Shown here: positions 50,187 through 64,000 of the stretch, piece by piece
How positions within the stretch are numbered: position 1 is the first letter of the stretch
Layout of the letters: every line of letters begins with the position of its first letter
NCBI RefSeq assembly: GCF_006345805.1
Contig: NC_042999.1
Coordinates: forward strand, 39,370,001 to 39,434,000
DNA: 64,000 nt
Direction: 5' to 3'
Origin: Octopus sinensis
Taxonomy: Eukaryota
Translations under genes and position numbers: made by a program
Notes under the pieces: model-generated
What the model was told of the DNA's origin: nothing
What the model saw: only the letters and a program-made list of their open reading frames with translations
Databases searched by the model: none

Positions 50187-51038
50187 CGTGTTCCAAATAA
50201 AACTGTCCGACGATCGGGAACGGGAGACACTGGGCAACTGTTTTTTTTCTGATATTTTTGCTTCTTTTTAATAAAGTATGTATGTTTATGCTTGTTTGAA
50301 ATAAAACTCTTCACTATCCTTTTGTAGCCCATATTAGACGGTTGGAAATAAAAGTTTATTTACTTATTTCAAAGTAATATATAACGGTAGAGTTCAGATC
50401 TGTGTTTATTCTTCGTTATATATTTAAAGTTTAAAAATAGAAATTCGTTCTTGTGTGTACTCAAATCGGAAGGGATATGTCAGACTTTGCACTGTTATCT
50501 GCAAATTTTCTGAAACGGGTATCTGAATAAAACTATAGTACAACATCTGATTTGAAAATTTAGAAGTGTATACGAAAGATTAGCAGTTGTTGAGGACTAC
50601 GGCCTAGCCTAACATTCACGATTCCCAATACTGGTCTTTTTGGGATCAAAAGGACACACGCACTATATAGTCATTCTCCTAAGCAAATTTGGTATTGCAC
50701 TCATTTTATGTCCTATGTGTGGAAATATTTCCGCATATCTCATGTGATTTCTTCAGGAGGAGACACGTGTGATGGCCATTCACTGAAGTGGCTACAGGAT
50801 GTGTGACGATTGCAGTTCAGACAAAGAACAACAAATACGAACAGTATTTACTTTAAAGTTAAGAACGAATATATAGTGCATGTGCTTATTTGTTTCCTTC
50901 CCCCAAAGAAAAAAAGAAAAAAAAAGAAAATCCTGAAATAGAGTAGTATCTGTTTCTACACACGATTACACATCGGAAATCTTAGTAACCAAATACATAC
51001 ATACATATATATATATATATTATATATATATATATATA

Positions 51039-51082
<44 letters not shown>

Positions 51083-51103
51083 ATATATTATATATATATA
51101 TAT

Positions 51104-51179
<76 letters not shown>

Positions 51180-51255
51180 ATATGTATGTATATAAATATA
51201 CATATATTTATGTGTGTGTGTGTGTGTGTGTATACATATATTTATATATAATTAT

Positions 51256-51405
51256 TTTTTCAGAATAAGATAAAAAAAGAGGGCTGTGAAGATTGTAGTA
51301 CATTTATAAATAGAAGATCTTAGAGCTTCTTATAAATAGAAGGTCTTCTAATTATAAATGTAAAATCTTCACAGCCATGGTTTTCTATCTCATTCAGAAA
51401 TTAAA
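51256..51405. mobile_element. Small fold-back / MITE-like palindrome
   Basis: GGCTGTGAAGATT (51282-51294)/AATCTTCACAGCC (51364-51376); ACATTTATAA/TTATAAATGT; TAGAAGATCT/AGGTCTTCTA; imperfect outer arms. Confidence 0.65.
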
Positions 51406-51564
51406 AAAAATATATACCTACACACTCTGATATACGACCTACATTGGACTCCTTATTCGCATAATCACCGAACCTGGAGGTTAACTATTGTCTATCCATA
51501 GTACTTACTCAGCATTACCTGACACTTTCGGGGCTTACTGGCACCATCATCTCTCATAACCCCT

Positions 51565-51629
<65 letters not shown>

Positions 51630-51654
51630 GTGTATCTATGGAGAGGAAAGAGAG

Positions 51655-51693
<39 letters not shown>

Positions 51694-51695
51694 TA

Positions 51696-52050
51696 CTAGC
51701 AGTATCGCCCGGTGTTGCTCGTGTTTGTAAGGGAAATAACTATATGAGCATTTTTAGAGAGTTATAGCCAAAAATAGCAAAAAATGCATTAAAAATGGAA
51801 AAAAAAATGATGCTATTTTTTTTTTTTAATCGTTGACTCATCGTAGACATTTTTAGAGTGTTACTTTCCTTATATAATAGCGAAAAAATGCATTAAAATG
51901 GAAACATTGCTGGTAATTTTTTTAAATCGTAGACTCATCGTAGACGCGCGCTAATGCCCAGAAGGACTCGATATGAATCACGACTATAAGATACCCGGTT
52001 TTGGTTAAACTGCACCGCAAAATGTGGGAGTAGTTAGGAATCTAAATCGT
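51696..52050 (-). mobile_element. Non-autonomous Helitron, same 3'-end family as 21848-22031
   Basis: Plus CTAGCAGTATCGCCCGGTGTTGCTCGTGTTTGTAAGGGAAATAACTATAT matches 21848 onward; internal repeats ATTTTTAGAG(A/T)GTTA and AAAAAATGCATTAAAA; abuts (TA)n. 5' boundary uncertain. Confidence 0.72.
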
Positions 52051-54016
52051 AGATACGTGCATAAATGTACACATATGTATAAATGTTTGTCTGTATATAT
52101 TCATGTAACTATTATATATATAATGCTATATCTTCAGGCAATGTAGAAAGACACTTGTTACTGTTTTTCATGTACTCTTGCTGCGATGCCTATTTTGTGA
52201 ATGCGTATATACATCTGTATGCAAAATGTTATTTCTATACGTCTGTGATATATGTGCTCACAAACATATTCATGTATCAATGTGTCTATGTGTATGTATA
52301 TATTAGTATATTTCTGTCTATGTGTGTCTAGAATGTTCTAATGGTGAAATTTAATTAAAATCTAAGCTAGAAAAATTTGGAAACTTAATTAATTTCTCTG
52401 CAGATATTCTTGATTTATTCTATCTTCTGTAAATTGTAATTATCATGTTATCAACAAATCAATCATTTTGTCTGAGAAAGAATCCATGTGTTTGTGTGCA
52501 TGCTCTCGATGGAAACAGAATTATGAATGGCTCTGTGACGAGTGGAATATGTATAGAAATTCAGAGTGAGATTATTGGAATTAAGTAAAAGAAAACCATA
52601 CGTCAATACAGACAAACACATTGATTGCTTGTTGTTCTTAATGACAATTTTGCATATAAAAATGACTATTTTAATGTTGCAAACAGACGGAGGACAGGCA
52701 ACGTTAGAAATCGATAAATTGATCGATACGCACATAAACAAATGTTGAAATGCATATAAATATATACATTGAATATGTTGTCTTATCTTCTAATGTCGTT
52801 ATCTTTTTCTGAATATGCTTAATTCTTCTACTTAGACAAGAAAATGTCAGCTTCAGTGATTTTCAGAATATATCTCTCTATTCTTATTTGGTTTAGTTCT
52901 TACTCGCAGTTCATAAAAAATCTAACAATCTTATAAATAATTATTATTATATAAAATATTATGCAATCATTCAACGAATCGAGAGTTACATGAATATCTA
53001 TAAGCATGGGATCATTAAAAACTTCAATTCACCTGCCTAACCCTTAGCCAATTTAATAATCGTGCGACAGTGCTACCAGATTATTTGAAAACATTCCATG
53101 ATATGATTTAAAAGCACACACACTCTCTCTCTTCCTTTTTTTATCGCTATGCGTGTGTTATACACTATAACGTATCATCTCTGAAGTTTTGTTGTTAATA
53201 TTATAATAGTAGTTTTCGAATCAATTACCCCTCACTAAATTTGGTCGTATATATAGTAATATATTTTCTAATGCAATACGGGTTTTTGTTTCGCATTCTT
53301 TCTTCATAATTTTGTTACTAGATTCTCAACTTCCTTAATTAGAACTCTCTTCATATATTCTCCGAGTTTTAAGTTTCTATGGTCGTCCTACTTTTCACAC
53401 TTTCCACCATTTTTCTCTCTTAATCATATTGCATGGACCTCTCCACATCTCACATTATCAAGCAGTGTGATATCTTGAAGGTATGTAGTCTGTTAGGAAA
53501 GATACTGATTTCATAAAATATATCCACATCTGATATCGCAGCGAAGCGGCATTATAACCATTCACTTTTGTAATAAATATATTAGAATAGGAAATATTTG
53601 ATTTCAATGAGTCTATATCAAAAGACTCTCCAGCATGTTTCTAGCTTTTACTGGCTTTCTTAAAAATTCTGTTCCCTTATGTCATTTGTAGAGACATTGC
53701 TATTTTATTCTTATATATTAAAAAAAATAGCATAATAATAATTTCTAATCGCCCATTGTCTCTTGAGAATGTATTCTACCTATAAATACCTATAAATACA
53801 CAAATGCTTTCATTTCTAAAATGCTAGAAAATCAAACAGAATTTTTAGTAAATGTACACACACACACACACACACACAAACACGCAGATACACATATATA
53901 AATACAAAAACACAAAAATATCTGTACAGTTATATACATGTTTCCATGTCTATATGTATGCGTATGTTTCTCTAAGCGCACGTATTTGTATACACACACA
54001 CACGCACACGGACACA

Positions 54017-54115
<99 letters not shown>

Positions 54116-54266
54116 AAGACATATTTAAGTACAAACGGGCATATGACTTCATATATATGAGAATGTGTACGCATATTCATATACATATACATGTATATAG
54201 ACAAATATACATATATAAATATATGTCTATATTTATAAACATATATATGTCTATATATATATAGAC

Positions 54267-54314
<48 letters not shown>

Positions 54315-55029
54315 GTGTATGTATTTATACACAAATACATACACATATATATATGTATATTTGTACATAAATGTGTGCACTTATAGATACACACATACAC
54401 ACACAAACACTTGCATATACATAAAGAATTCTTATTTATTCAAGATGTTTCTGCAAACTTACCGATAATTTGATTCATTAACGGAAACGTGGTATTACAT
54501 TATCTTGGTTTCAGCAGTCAGTAACATTTAACGTATAGAATATAAATTGTCTATATATCCTTTAGTGGAGTTTTGTATTGGAATTTTTTTACACACGATT
54601 GGTAAATAAACCATGCCAATTTTCAACTGATGGGGAAGCGTAAATCTGTAAATAAAAGCATTTTTTACTATATAACTCTGTAACACTACACATAATACGT
54701 TACCGGTCTATTGAAACGTTATTCGAACGTATTTATAATACGTTATAAATTCTCTGTAACCCAGCTAACCTTGTTAACATAATTTCGAAATACGATTCCT
54801 GCCAAATGGTGTATAGTTAATTCAGAAACATAATATTGATAGCATATTTCAATGATTATTTCAGTAATTGTAATGTGAAATAGCCATTGGTATGGAAAAA
54901 AATAGCAGCGGTGGGGGTTACCGATATCGGGTGTGGTGTTGTTGAATATGAACGGTGATAGAAATAGTAGAATTTATGAAAGTGGTTAAGTGCAACTGTC
55001 ATTTAGTAGTTGTTCTTGTCTATGTTGAT

Positions 55030-55262
55030 GAACAGGATTAGGATGATGATGAATGCTATCATGATGACTACTACGATGTTGATGTTTATAACGACGACGA
55101 CTACAACAATCATATCAACAACTACCATGACGACGACGTTGACGATAACGATAATTAAAGTAATAATGATGAACACAATGATGGTGATGGTGGTGGCTGT
55201 GGTCATGGTGTTCTTGACAGTGGTGATTGTGCAAATGGAGATGATGATGATGTTGATGAATT
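55030..55262. repeat. Degenerate trinucleotide (GAT/ACG/ACA) low-complexity tract
   Basis: Direct reading; produces poly-M/T/V ORFs. Confidence 0.8.
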
Positions 55263-55649
55263 AAGCTATAAACTATACTGTATCACATGAAACGTGGACA
55301 TTTATGCGCATAAATAGTATTAAAAAGAAAAGTGAGAGAAAAATTATTCCAGTTATGTAAATCTAATACCAAAGCAATAATTTATCGCTATCTTTAACAT
55401 CAAACTTCACGATAAATCCCGCCGCAACAAATTTGATCACGAGCGTAGATCATTGACCGGAAGCTATCGATGAAGGAAGTTACATCACATAAATCCGGTA
55501 GACATACATTTTGGTATTCCGGTACAAAACTACACTATCATCGGCTCTGTATATGACTCACAACTGTACATATTTACGAGTACACATATGCGCGGACTTC
55601 ATTGTGGACGGATATATACATATACATATGCATACATACATATATACAT

Positions 55650-55761
<112 letters not shown>

Positions 55762-55823
55762 CATATATATATATATGCGCGTGTACATATAAGTGTCTAC
55801 GCACACATTCATATGTATGTATG

Positions 55824-55900
<77 letters not shown>

Positions 55901-56864
55901 ATACGCACATACACACAGACACACACATATATACATAAATACATGTATTAACGTATGAATATATCCCAGTCTGGGCGTGCGCCGTTGCGTGCGTAAGAAA
56001 ATGTTATCTTTAAAAATCCCATTCACATATATTTGCACACGAACACAAAACACGCACGCTCACATGCTGGATTTAGGCCACGGTCACACATACATATTTA
56101 CACCTATTCATGATTTTATAAATAAGTCGGATGAAATATTGCTATGAGGAGCGGGAATGTGGAAATATATGCTTTTCCAAGATATTTTTCCTTTTAAAAT
56201 GTGTTTCTGTGAAATGTATTTCTCTATCATGCTCCATTATTTTCTCTCTCTCCTTCACATACTCTTTTCGTTTGGTCTTGCTTCATATTTCTTCATCCTT
56301 CTCTGCGTATTTAGCTGATATTGTTTATTTCCTTGTCCATTTCATTTCCCAGTCCTTCCTCTTTATTTTTCTATATCACTATCTCTATTGGTTGCTCCTC
56401 ACTCTGTCTTCGCTTGTTTATTTTTCTCTCTCCTTATAAATCGTTTATTTTTAGCATGTATATTGATATGTCTTCCGTTTTCTTTGCCAAGCAAAGAAAC
56501 AATTTGCATATCGCTTTTGTATGTTCCGTTGCTCATTCACCGTAAAGTTGCCCTGGGTATCTAAGATTGCTAGACGAATAGAAAAAGGTCTATCCATGGC
56601 TGTCCGTAAACATGCATGGTCTGTTAATCTTGCAACGGACACGTTAATGTTTATTTAAATTCTTTCGACAGTTTTGTAAATTCTTTATGTGCATCGTGCA
56701 CGTTTTCTTTTGCATTCTAACAAATATAGGGAGTAGATAATTTTAAACATATTCACGTATGAGCATGATATTTCAGAAATACAATATATTCATTATATTT
56801 AGTAATTCTATAAACGGATTTATGACAAGAAATATTGTGTACCACTGAAAGAATTCCATGCAGA

Positions 56865-56907
<43 letters not shown>

Positions 56908-57167
56908 ATATATATAATATATATATATATATAATATATATATATATAAGAATGTTTTGCGTAATGAGATAAAAAGAACCTGGTTTTTTTTATCTCATTA
57001 CGCAAAAAATTGCTATATACATACGCTGACATATGACCAACATTGAACCCCTTATTCGCAAAATTTACGTATCTGGAACTTAAATATGGTCTTTCTATAG
57101 CACTTATTCAGCATTACCTGACACCTTTGGGTCTCAATGACACCATTACCTCTTATAACCTATATAT

Positions 57168-57200
<33 letters not shown>

Positions 57201-57204
57201 GATT

Positions 57205-57262
57205 GATTCGATTGATTCTAGTTTCAGCTTATGAGCTGTGGCCATGCTGGGGCACCGCCATT
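57205..57262 (-). mobile_element. SINE 3' tail fragment
   Basis: Minus GGCGGTGCCCCAGCATGGCCACAGCTCATAAGCTGAAACTAG resembles the family B tail GGCGGTGCTCCAGC(A/G)TGGC...TGAAACAAG. Confidence 0.55.
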
Positions 57263-60261
57263 TTATATATATATATCTATTTGTGAAGCAAATTATGTAT
57301 CAACTGCTTCTGCGCAAAAGACATAAATATAACATTGAAATAAGTAATTTATGATTGAATCTATGTTAATATATTTTAAATAAAAGATAACTGATAATCA
57401 TTAGAATATATTCCAGAAGAAAATTTGTCAAATATTTCGTTTGAAGACTTGCAAGATTATATATTATGTTGCATTAGGATTAAGAAGTCTAATAAAATTC
57501 CATGATCGGAATTTATGCTGATTCTATTTGGTATGAAATTGAGATTCTTTTATAGATGCGTCCACATATATCTTCTCCTGTGCGAATGAAAAGAGTACAG
57601 ATATTTCGATCACTGGGAAAAGAATTTTTACACACACACACACTCTCACGCACACACACACACACGCACACATACATGTATCTATCTACGAATATATGTA
57701 TGTATACATGTGCGTGTACGCAATCTCGTATAATTAAACGTACACACACACACCTACACATATGGATATATCTTCATGCATGTATGTTTGTGCGATTAGT
57801 GTAGATCCGTATAAAACCGTATTGTAGTTAACGCTTATATAATTACAAGAATGCAGCCTTAACTTTCACAAATCCTTGAAGCTATTATTAATTAGTACTG
57901 ACATGCATTTTTCACCTTTTTTTATCGCATCCTAGTACATTTATCATTAGCCAGCCTTAATGCTACACGTGAGTCAGAACGGAATTATTTTTCCTTGATA
58001 GACAACCAATTTGAGATAATGGCAGAGAGCCAGAAAGGATTTATAAAAGTATTATCTAGGGGTTTAAAATGTTCTTGCATAATCCATGACAATTTTTAAA
58101 ATTTTATTTTATAAAAAGCATTGCTTTGATAGGAGGAAGATACGAAAGATACAAAATAAAGCAAAACAAAAGTGAATGCTCAACCGATAAGTTTCGAAAT
58201 AAATTGAGATATAATTCAATTATGATAACGCTGGTTGTAATCACATGGGAAAAAATAGGAAAATATAGTTATTAATTAGATGTTGGTCATGTTTTATCAT
58301 TTGTGCATATTCAATTTTACATGATGTTTATCGAAGCAGCAAGCGTTTACTTTTCAGTTTAACCTGGATTATAAGATATGGAAGGCAAATTTCCTCAGAT
58401 TCAACATTCATTATTAAACAAGGACACATTCGATAATGCAGTCCTACATGTAAATTATGTATGAATATCAAACAAGTTTACTAATGGGATGATTGATTTC
58501 AGCATGTTTATTACATATTTAATAAAAATGATTTTTGAAAGCGTCGTTAATGAAAACGTTATAATACTCAAGTCTTACATCCATTGCTTTTAATAAATTT
58601 GGTTTTCATATTCAATGCAATATATTGTATCTACAAAGGTGGCCAAAAGTTTGGAACATAGGTGTCACAATTAAACTTTTATATTAAATGCCCAAAGTTA
58701 AATTTGAATCGAATTGTACTTGAGGATAACAATTTAAATTTGTTAAAAAAGCTTCCAAACTTCTGGCTTCGACCGCGAGTATATATATTAAGCATATTGC
58801 AAATTGCACAAAGACTAGATATTAGAAATAGAATGCAAATACTCTTCAGATTAGACTTTAACGTCCTCAATATGTGAGAAACGTTGCATCTATGAAGTTT
58901 TGTTGTATGGAATACACTATGAGGAAAAGTAATGTGGTTGTGAATTTGGAAATACATGTCATCACAGATTTGTTGGAAGTGGCAAACAAAAAAGACAGCA
59001 ATAAAAACTGATAATTAAAAGCAAGCACGTTTACAAAATGAAAAAAATGTTATCCAAATCATATTTTAATTAATAGCAAATAGAAATTATAAATTTCATT
59101 TTATGATAATTTATAACGATTAATATTTTAAGTCATGTGTATTTAGACATAGTTATGAGATACACATAAATCCTAATATTTTCATTTCCTTCTTTTCAAG
59201 TACAATTTTAGTAAAGGTAATCAAATGTATCGTTTCTTAGATGAAAACTCAAGGCTATTAATTCCTACCAGTAACTTCACCATTGTGACAAAATTAGTAT
59301 TTACATCGTTATATATATATATATATATATATAGGCTGAAGTTCTCATTGATTCTGCAATTCATTCGTGTATGTCAAAACATATGTAAAGTCATTGATAT
59401 TTTGCCATTACGAGATTCAACTGTAACATTCACAAATTTATTAATTAGATATGGCGTATTTTTTCGCTTTCGTTTTCCATCATAGTAAAACTTGTTTTCT
59501 TATCATAATACGTTCATCAATGCATATTCTACATTAGTCAGTGGAAAACGAATTAGTTTGCATCAATAGGGATATAATTTGGTATAATGAGTGAATGCCA
59601 AGAAGGATTTAAACGTATATTAACTACAGTTTCAAATCCATCTTGCATAGTCACCGACGAACATCATTAAATATAATCAGAAATAATATATAGGAACAAC
59701 CTAAACAAAATAACCATTTGATACAAAACATTACAAAACAAAATAACCATTTGATACAAAACTGACATACTACAGGAAATAAAGAGAAAAAGAGTAAAAC
59801 TGTTTTCGAAAAATCTACAAGTAAGAAGTAAGGCAACATCGTAATATTATGGAAAAGGATTACGATGTGTCGTAAGATTAAAAACAGGTTTGTAAAATAA
59901 GTTTCACAATATTATAGGCGAAGGTTTCATGAGATAACCGGTGATCAGATGTAATTCCTTATTGTATTCTAGGGATAAAATTCAATGTATTTCGTCGTTA
60001 AATGAAATAGCGTTAATGCGATAAATTCTTATTTGCAAAGAAATTTGCGTTTAAAATTAATTTCGGTTATACACTAAGAAGTAGAAATATATACATATAT
60101 ATACAAACAGAAGCATGCCGATGTATGCTTACACATTTGAAATACATTTCTGTTTATACATACATATATATACTTACATATATTTATATAACGGCACACA
60201 TACACACACATACATACACACACTCACACACATACACATACACACACACATACACACACAC

Positions 60262-60305
<44 letters not shown>

Positions 60306-61285
60306 ATAATAAAAATAAAGTTCTTGGTACAGCATTATATATATTTGAAAGATTGAGTATCCCTTTCCTGAGGGGATGATTTTCATTTTAATCTTACTAC
60401 TACTGTTTACAGTGTGGTAATAGGCGTATATGCCATGTTTAAGGTGTTTTGTCGCTTCATCAGTACCTGCGTACTGATACATATGTATGTAGTAAAAACA
60501 CTACATATATGTATGTATACGAATTCATACATGTACATGTTCATACGTGTGTGTGTTTGCGTCACTGTGAGTATCTGGAAATGCATATATACTTACACAT
60601 TATATACATACGTACATAGTGTATATAATCATGTGAAAACACTTTTTAGTATATGTGGCTATGTTAGTAAAAAGTGGTTTGTAAACCTATAGATATATGT
60701 ATTTGTCTTTTCTTAATAAGATTCTTTTTTACACAATTGTTTGAAAGTGCTCAGGTCGAAACCGAGACGCTAGACATTATATAACTTGGTTTAAGAAGAA
60801 ACAAATTTTAGATAATCATCTAATCATCCTACAGTTATGATTTACATCAACATAATAAATACAGTAGGGCAAGAAACATCAATATATTATTTAGATTGGA
60901 AATATGAAATACCTGAGATAAAACTATACGTGAAAAGGATAAATAAAAAGTGAGACATCCATTAAAATATCGTATTATATTTCAGATTAAAAATGTTGAA
61001 TTAAGAATTAAAAGTTAGAAGATACATCGATATACGCATATACGCGATTTTCTTGGTGTCAATGATATCTGTGTTGTTTCGACAGTGATGCTGTTGATAC
61101 TACAATTTGTGAAGACATTTCTAACATCCCAGGTGTATCTATTTTCTTTAAGCTCTTCGAGTAGACGATGAAGGACACCGACAGCATATTTTGTCTGTGT
61201 TTTTCTCTATTCATTTTGCCTTTCTCTGTTGCATTCGATGTAAATGAAGCTTATATATCTAGATAGAATTTTGAAATAGTATGTA

Positions 61286-61660
61286 GGCGCAGGAGTGGCT
61301 GTGTGGTAAGTAGCTTGTTTACCAATCACATAGTTCCGGGTTCAGTCCCACTGCGTGGCACCTTGGGCAAGTGTTTTCTACTATAGCCTCGAACCGACCA
61401 AAGCCTTGTGAGTGGATTTGGTAGACGGAAACTGAAAGAAGCCCGTCGTATATATGCATATATGTATATGCGTGTGTGTGTTTCTGTGTCTGTGTTTGTC
61501 ACCCTAGCGTTGCTTGACAACCGATGCTGGTGTGTTTATGCCCCCGTTACTTAGCCGTTCGGCAAAAGAGACCGATAGAATAAGTACTGGACTTACAAAA
61601 GAATAAGTCCCGGGGTTGAATGACTGAAACAAGTAAAAGAGTAAAAGAGTAAAAAGAGTA
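61286..61660 (+). mobile_element. CORE-like SINE family B copy (well preserved)
   Basis: GGCGCAGGAGTGGCTGTGTGGTAAGTAGC...GGTTCAGTCCCACTGCGTGGCACCTTGGGCAAG...; tail (GTAAAAGA)n. Confidence 0.85.
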
Positions 61661-61959
61661 ATGGTTAGAATGATGATACGTATTTTCAATGTACACGCTG
61701 TATTTGTCATATATTATCTGGTTTTTATCTGGTCCTGCAGTTCCATTTTATGCTATTCAATGCTGTTTCAGATCCTCTCGTTCTCTTCGGAATGTATTAG
61801 AATATTGCTACTAGTGTTTATAATAGCTCGATATTTCCCTGTATAATATGTATATTTCACTAAGATCCATAAATATAATTTATTAATAGAGTGCCTTATA
61901 CGCAAATAAATAACTTTTGTGCGATGAAATCAAACACACACTTCTACCAATATCATCTA

Positions 61960-62110
61960 CTGCATCTCTCGCTCTCTCTGTCCCTCTCTATACATCAGGC
62001 TAACGGGACCTCGCATGGCTGACCGGTTCGCAGAACACCTCTGAGACATCCGACTCGGCAATGGCATCCGAGCGCCATTTCGCTCTACCGTTCGTTCTTT
62101 GCAATCTTCT
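61960..62110 (+). pseudogene. Penelope-like GIY-YIG endonuclease fragment
   Basis: LYIRLTGPRMADRFAEHL*DIRLGNG matches YIGQTG.R..DRF.EHLRDI of GIY-YIG; followed by a pyrimidine-rich tract. Confidence 0.6.
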
Positions 62111-64000
62111 CTCTTCGCTTCTTTGCGCCACATGGGCTCAACCCTCTTCCACTCTTCATCTAACCTCCTCCCCTCGCCTCTGTTCCACTCACACCTACTT
62201 CCGCCCACCTACCTCTCTTCTCTTGCTCCGACTCCTACTTTTCTTCACACCTACTTCCTTCTCTCTTCTCTTCATCTTACCCACCATCTTCTTTCTCCTC
62301 CATCGTTACCCCTCCCTTGTAAGCCCACACCCGCCCCTACACAATCCAGCCCACTTCCTTTTTTACACGTAATGTTTATATTTTGCATGGTTTCAAATTA
62401 TTGTCCTCAGCAGATAGCCTAATGAAATATTTGGATTTGTTGCCACCAACCTGGCTAGGCAAAATATCTTATGGCATGTTATTCTCATCAACGGCCAACC
62501 ATCCGACTGCCTTAAGATGCATATAGAATGTGGATTATATGCCTGGGATCCATCCATGCAAAGAGGTGTAGTGGGAAACATGTTAACAATATTTTTCAAG
62601 GGCGTCTTTAATATTGAAGTTTCATTCTTGCGGAAATTAAACTGCTTCATATTACAGACTTCTAGTGCATATATTTAAGGAGTGTACTTATTTGAAACAA
62701 CATAATTATTTTTTAGTAAAATATAAATTGTTTTCATAATTAAAATACAGGGTCAGTAACCCAAAAAATGGAAACAATTCTGGAATAATTTTTCGATAGG
62801 TTAAATGTTGAATAGACTGTTATCAATTAGGATCACGTCTAGAAAAAATAAGAGAAAATCATGATTCTATTTGTCTCGATGTTACTGTATTGATTTAATA
62901 AATATACTGAACAGTGAGTATATATCATTAATTCATCTTCACATTTGGGTTTATTTAAAATATAATTAACGATATTCGCTTTGCCCCCAGTTCATAATCT
63001 CAATATTCGTCCCCGCGTTAATCAATAGATATCGTTATCGCTGCTTATCTATTTCAAGCAAATGACATTAACGAGACAGGTTGAATTAAGGTCAGTAAAA
63101 TGTATAATGTATTTCCAGTCCATATCGCGCAACTATGACCTGCTCTTCTCTATTATGCAAACATGTTGTTATAATTTAGAGATAATGTTATTATTTATTC
63201 AAACCTTTCGCCTTTATCCCAATAAACATGAAGCAGTGTGCTTATTCAATCTTTAGAAATCTAGCTAAAGTTTCACTAAATTCAATTTACATTAAACAAG
63301 AGATTATTATAAATGTTGTAAAAAAATAAACTAAATCATTTAACTGAGATCAGCTCCACAATACGGCCCAAAATATAATCTGGCTCCATATATATTTGGA
63401 TGGTTTATTGATTATACTTGTTAATATTCCATCAGAAAATGTATTTGCCATGGACTGCTAAAGTTTATAGTTCATTTTGAGTCAATCTTCGAGTATATTC
63501 GAAGCGCATTCCAAACTATGTCGACTGCACAGTTTCACTTTTGTGCTTTACGTTTCGGGTGTATATTTATTTATAACCACATTGTTGAAAAATAGTCATA
63601 TGTGATATCCGTTCAGATAGTCCAGAGTTCTGAGGCAAAATGGTAACTAACAGATTAAACTGATATAGAGCATATTACGATGTAATCATTTTGATTTCAT
63701 TAAATTTTTAGGTTACAGGACGGACCATCCCGAAGTAGGGATAATTATTTTTTTTTATTGAAAAGGAGGAACGCAATACCCAATCTCCTTAATATCGAGC
63801 CTAAATCATATACGCATTCCATGAAATGTTAAATATTAGTTGGCATTATCAAAATTTGTGCTTAGAAATGAATCACTTTACTTAATTTTCGATACAGTGA
63901 ATCACATACGACTATAGAATCAAATAGATATTTCCTTTTTATAGCAATGCAGATCGTGAATTTTTCGAACTTATGGCGTATAGATGTATGAACTTAAGTA

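Noticed and set aside
52420-53580. Possible host exon(s) (ORF 52566-52748; GAAG|GTATGT donor-like site near 53480)
   Set aside because: No recognisable domain and no convincing acceptor/donor pair; such motifs arise by chance.
55380-55580. CpG-containing patch with CCCGCC and CCGGAAG motifs (possible promoter)
   Set aside because: Too short, no associated gene, and motifs are common; cannot be supported without expression data.
59703-59762. 27-bp direct repeat with 33-bp period
   Set aside because: Ordinary local slippage duplication with only two units.

Overview
AT-rich, microsatellite-dense eukaryotic DNA with no recognisable host gene; everything I can identify is transposable-element derived. 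The SINE types and repeat landscape suggest a cephalopod (Octopus-like) genome, which is inference only. Main contents: (1) a cluster of R4/Dong-type restriction-like-endonuclease LINEs with (TAA)n tails (1-6262); (2) two near-identical full-length ~6.1 kb Helitrons (6927-13002 and 41983-48035) with TC...hairpin-CTAG termini, A|T insertion sites in TA-rich microsatellite, and a ~1600-aa RepHel frame whose N-terminus carries eight exact 23-aa STPR-like repeats; (3) two short non-autonomous Helitrons with related 3' ends; (4) Penelope-like fragments, one ending in a tRNA-like A/B-box + (TAA)n + minimal hammerhead ribozyme cassette; (5) decayed CR1, RTE, Hero-like, Gypsy and Tc1/mariner pieces, several tRNA-derived SINE families and small fold-back elements. 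Most short ORFs in the track are microsatellite or antisense artefacts. The best leads are the STPR-repeat Helitron, which may be TA-microsatellite-targeted, and the Pol III-promoter/hammerhead cassette. All family assignments come from motif reading by eye; no database search was run.
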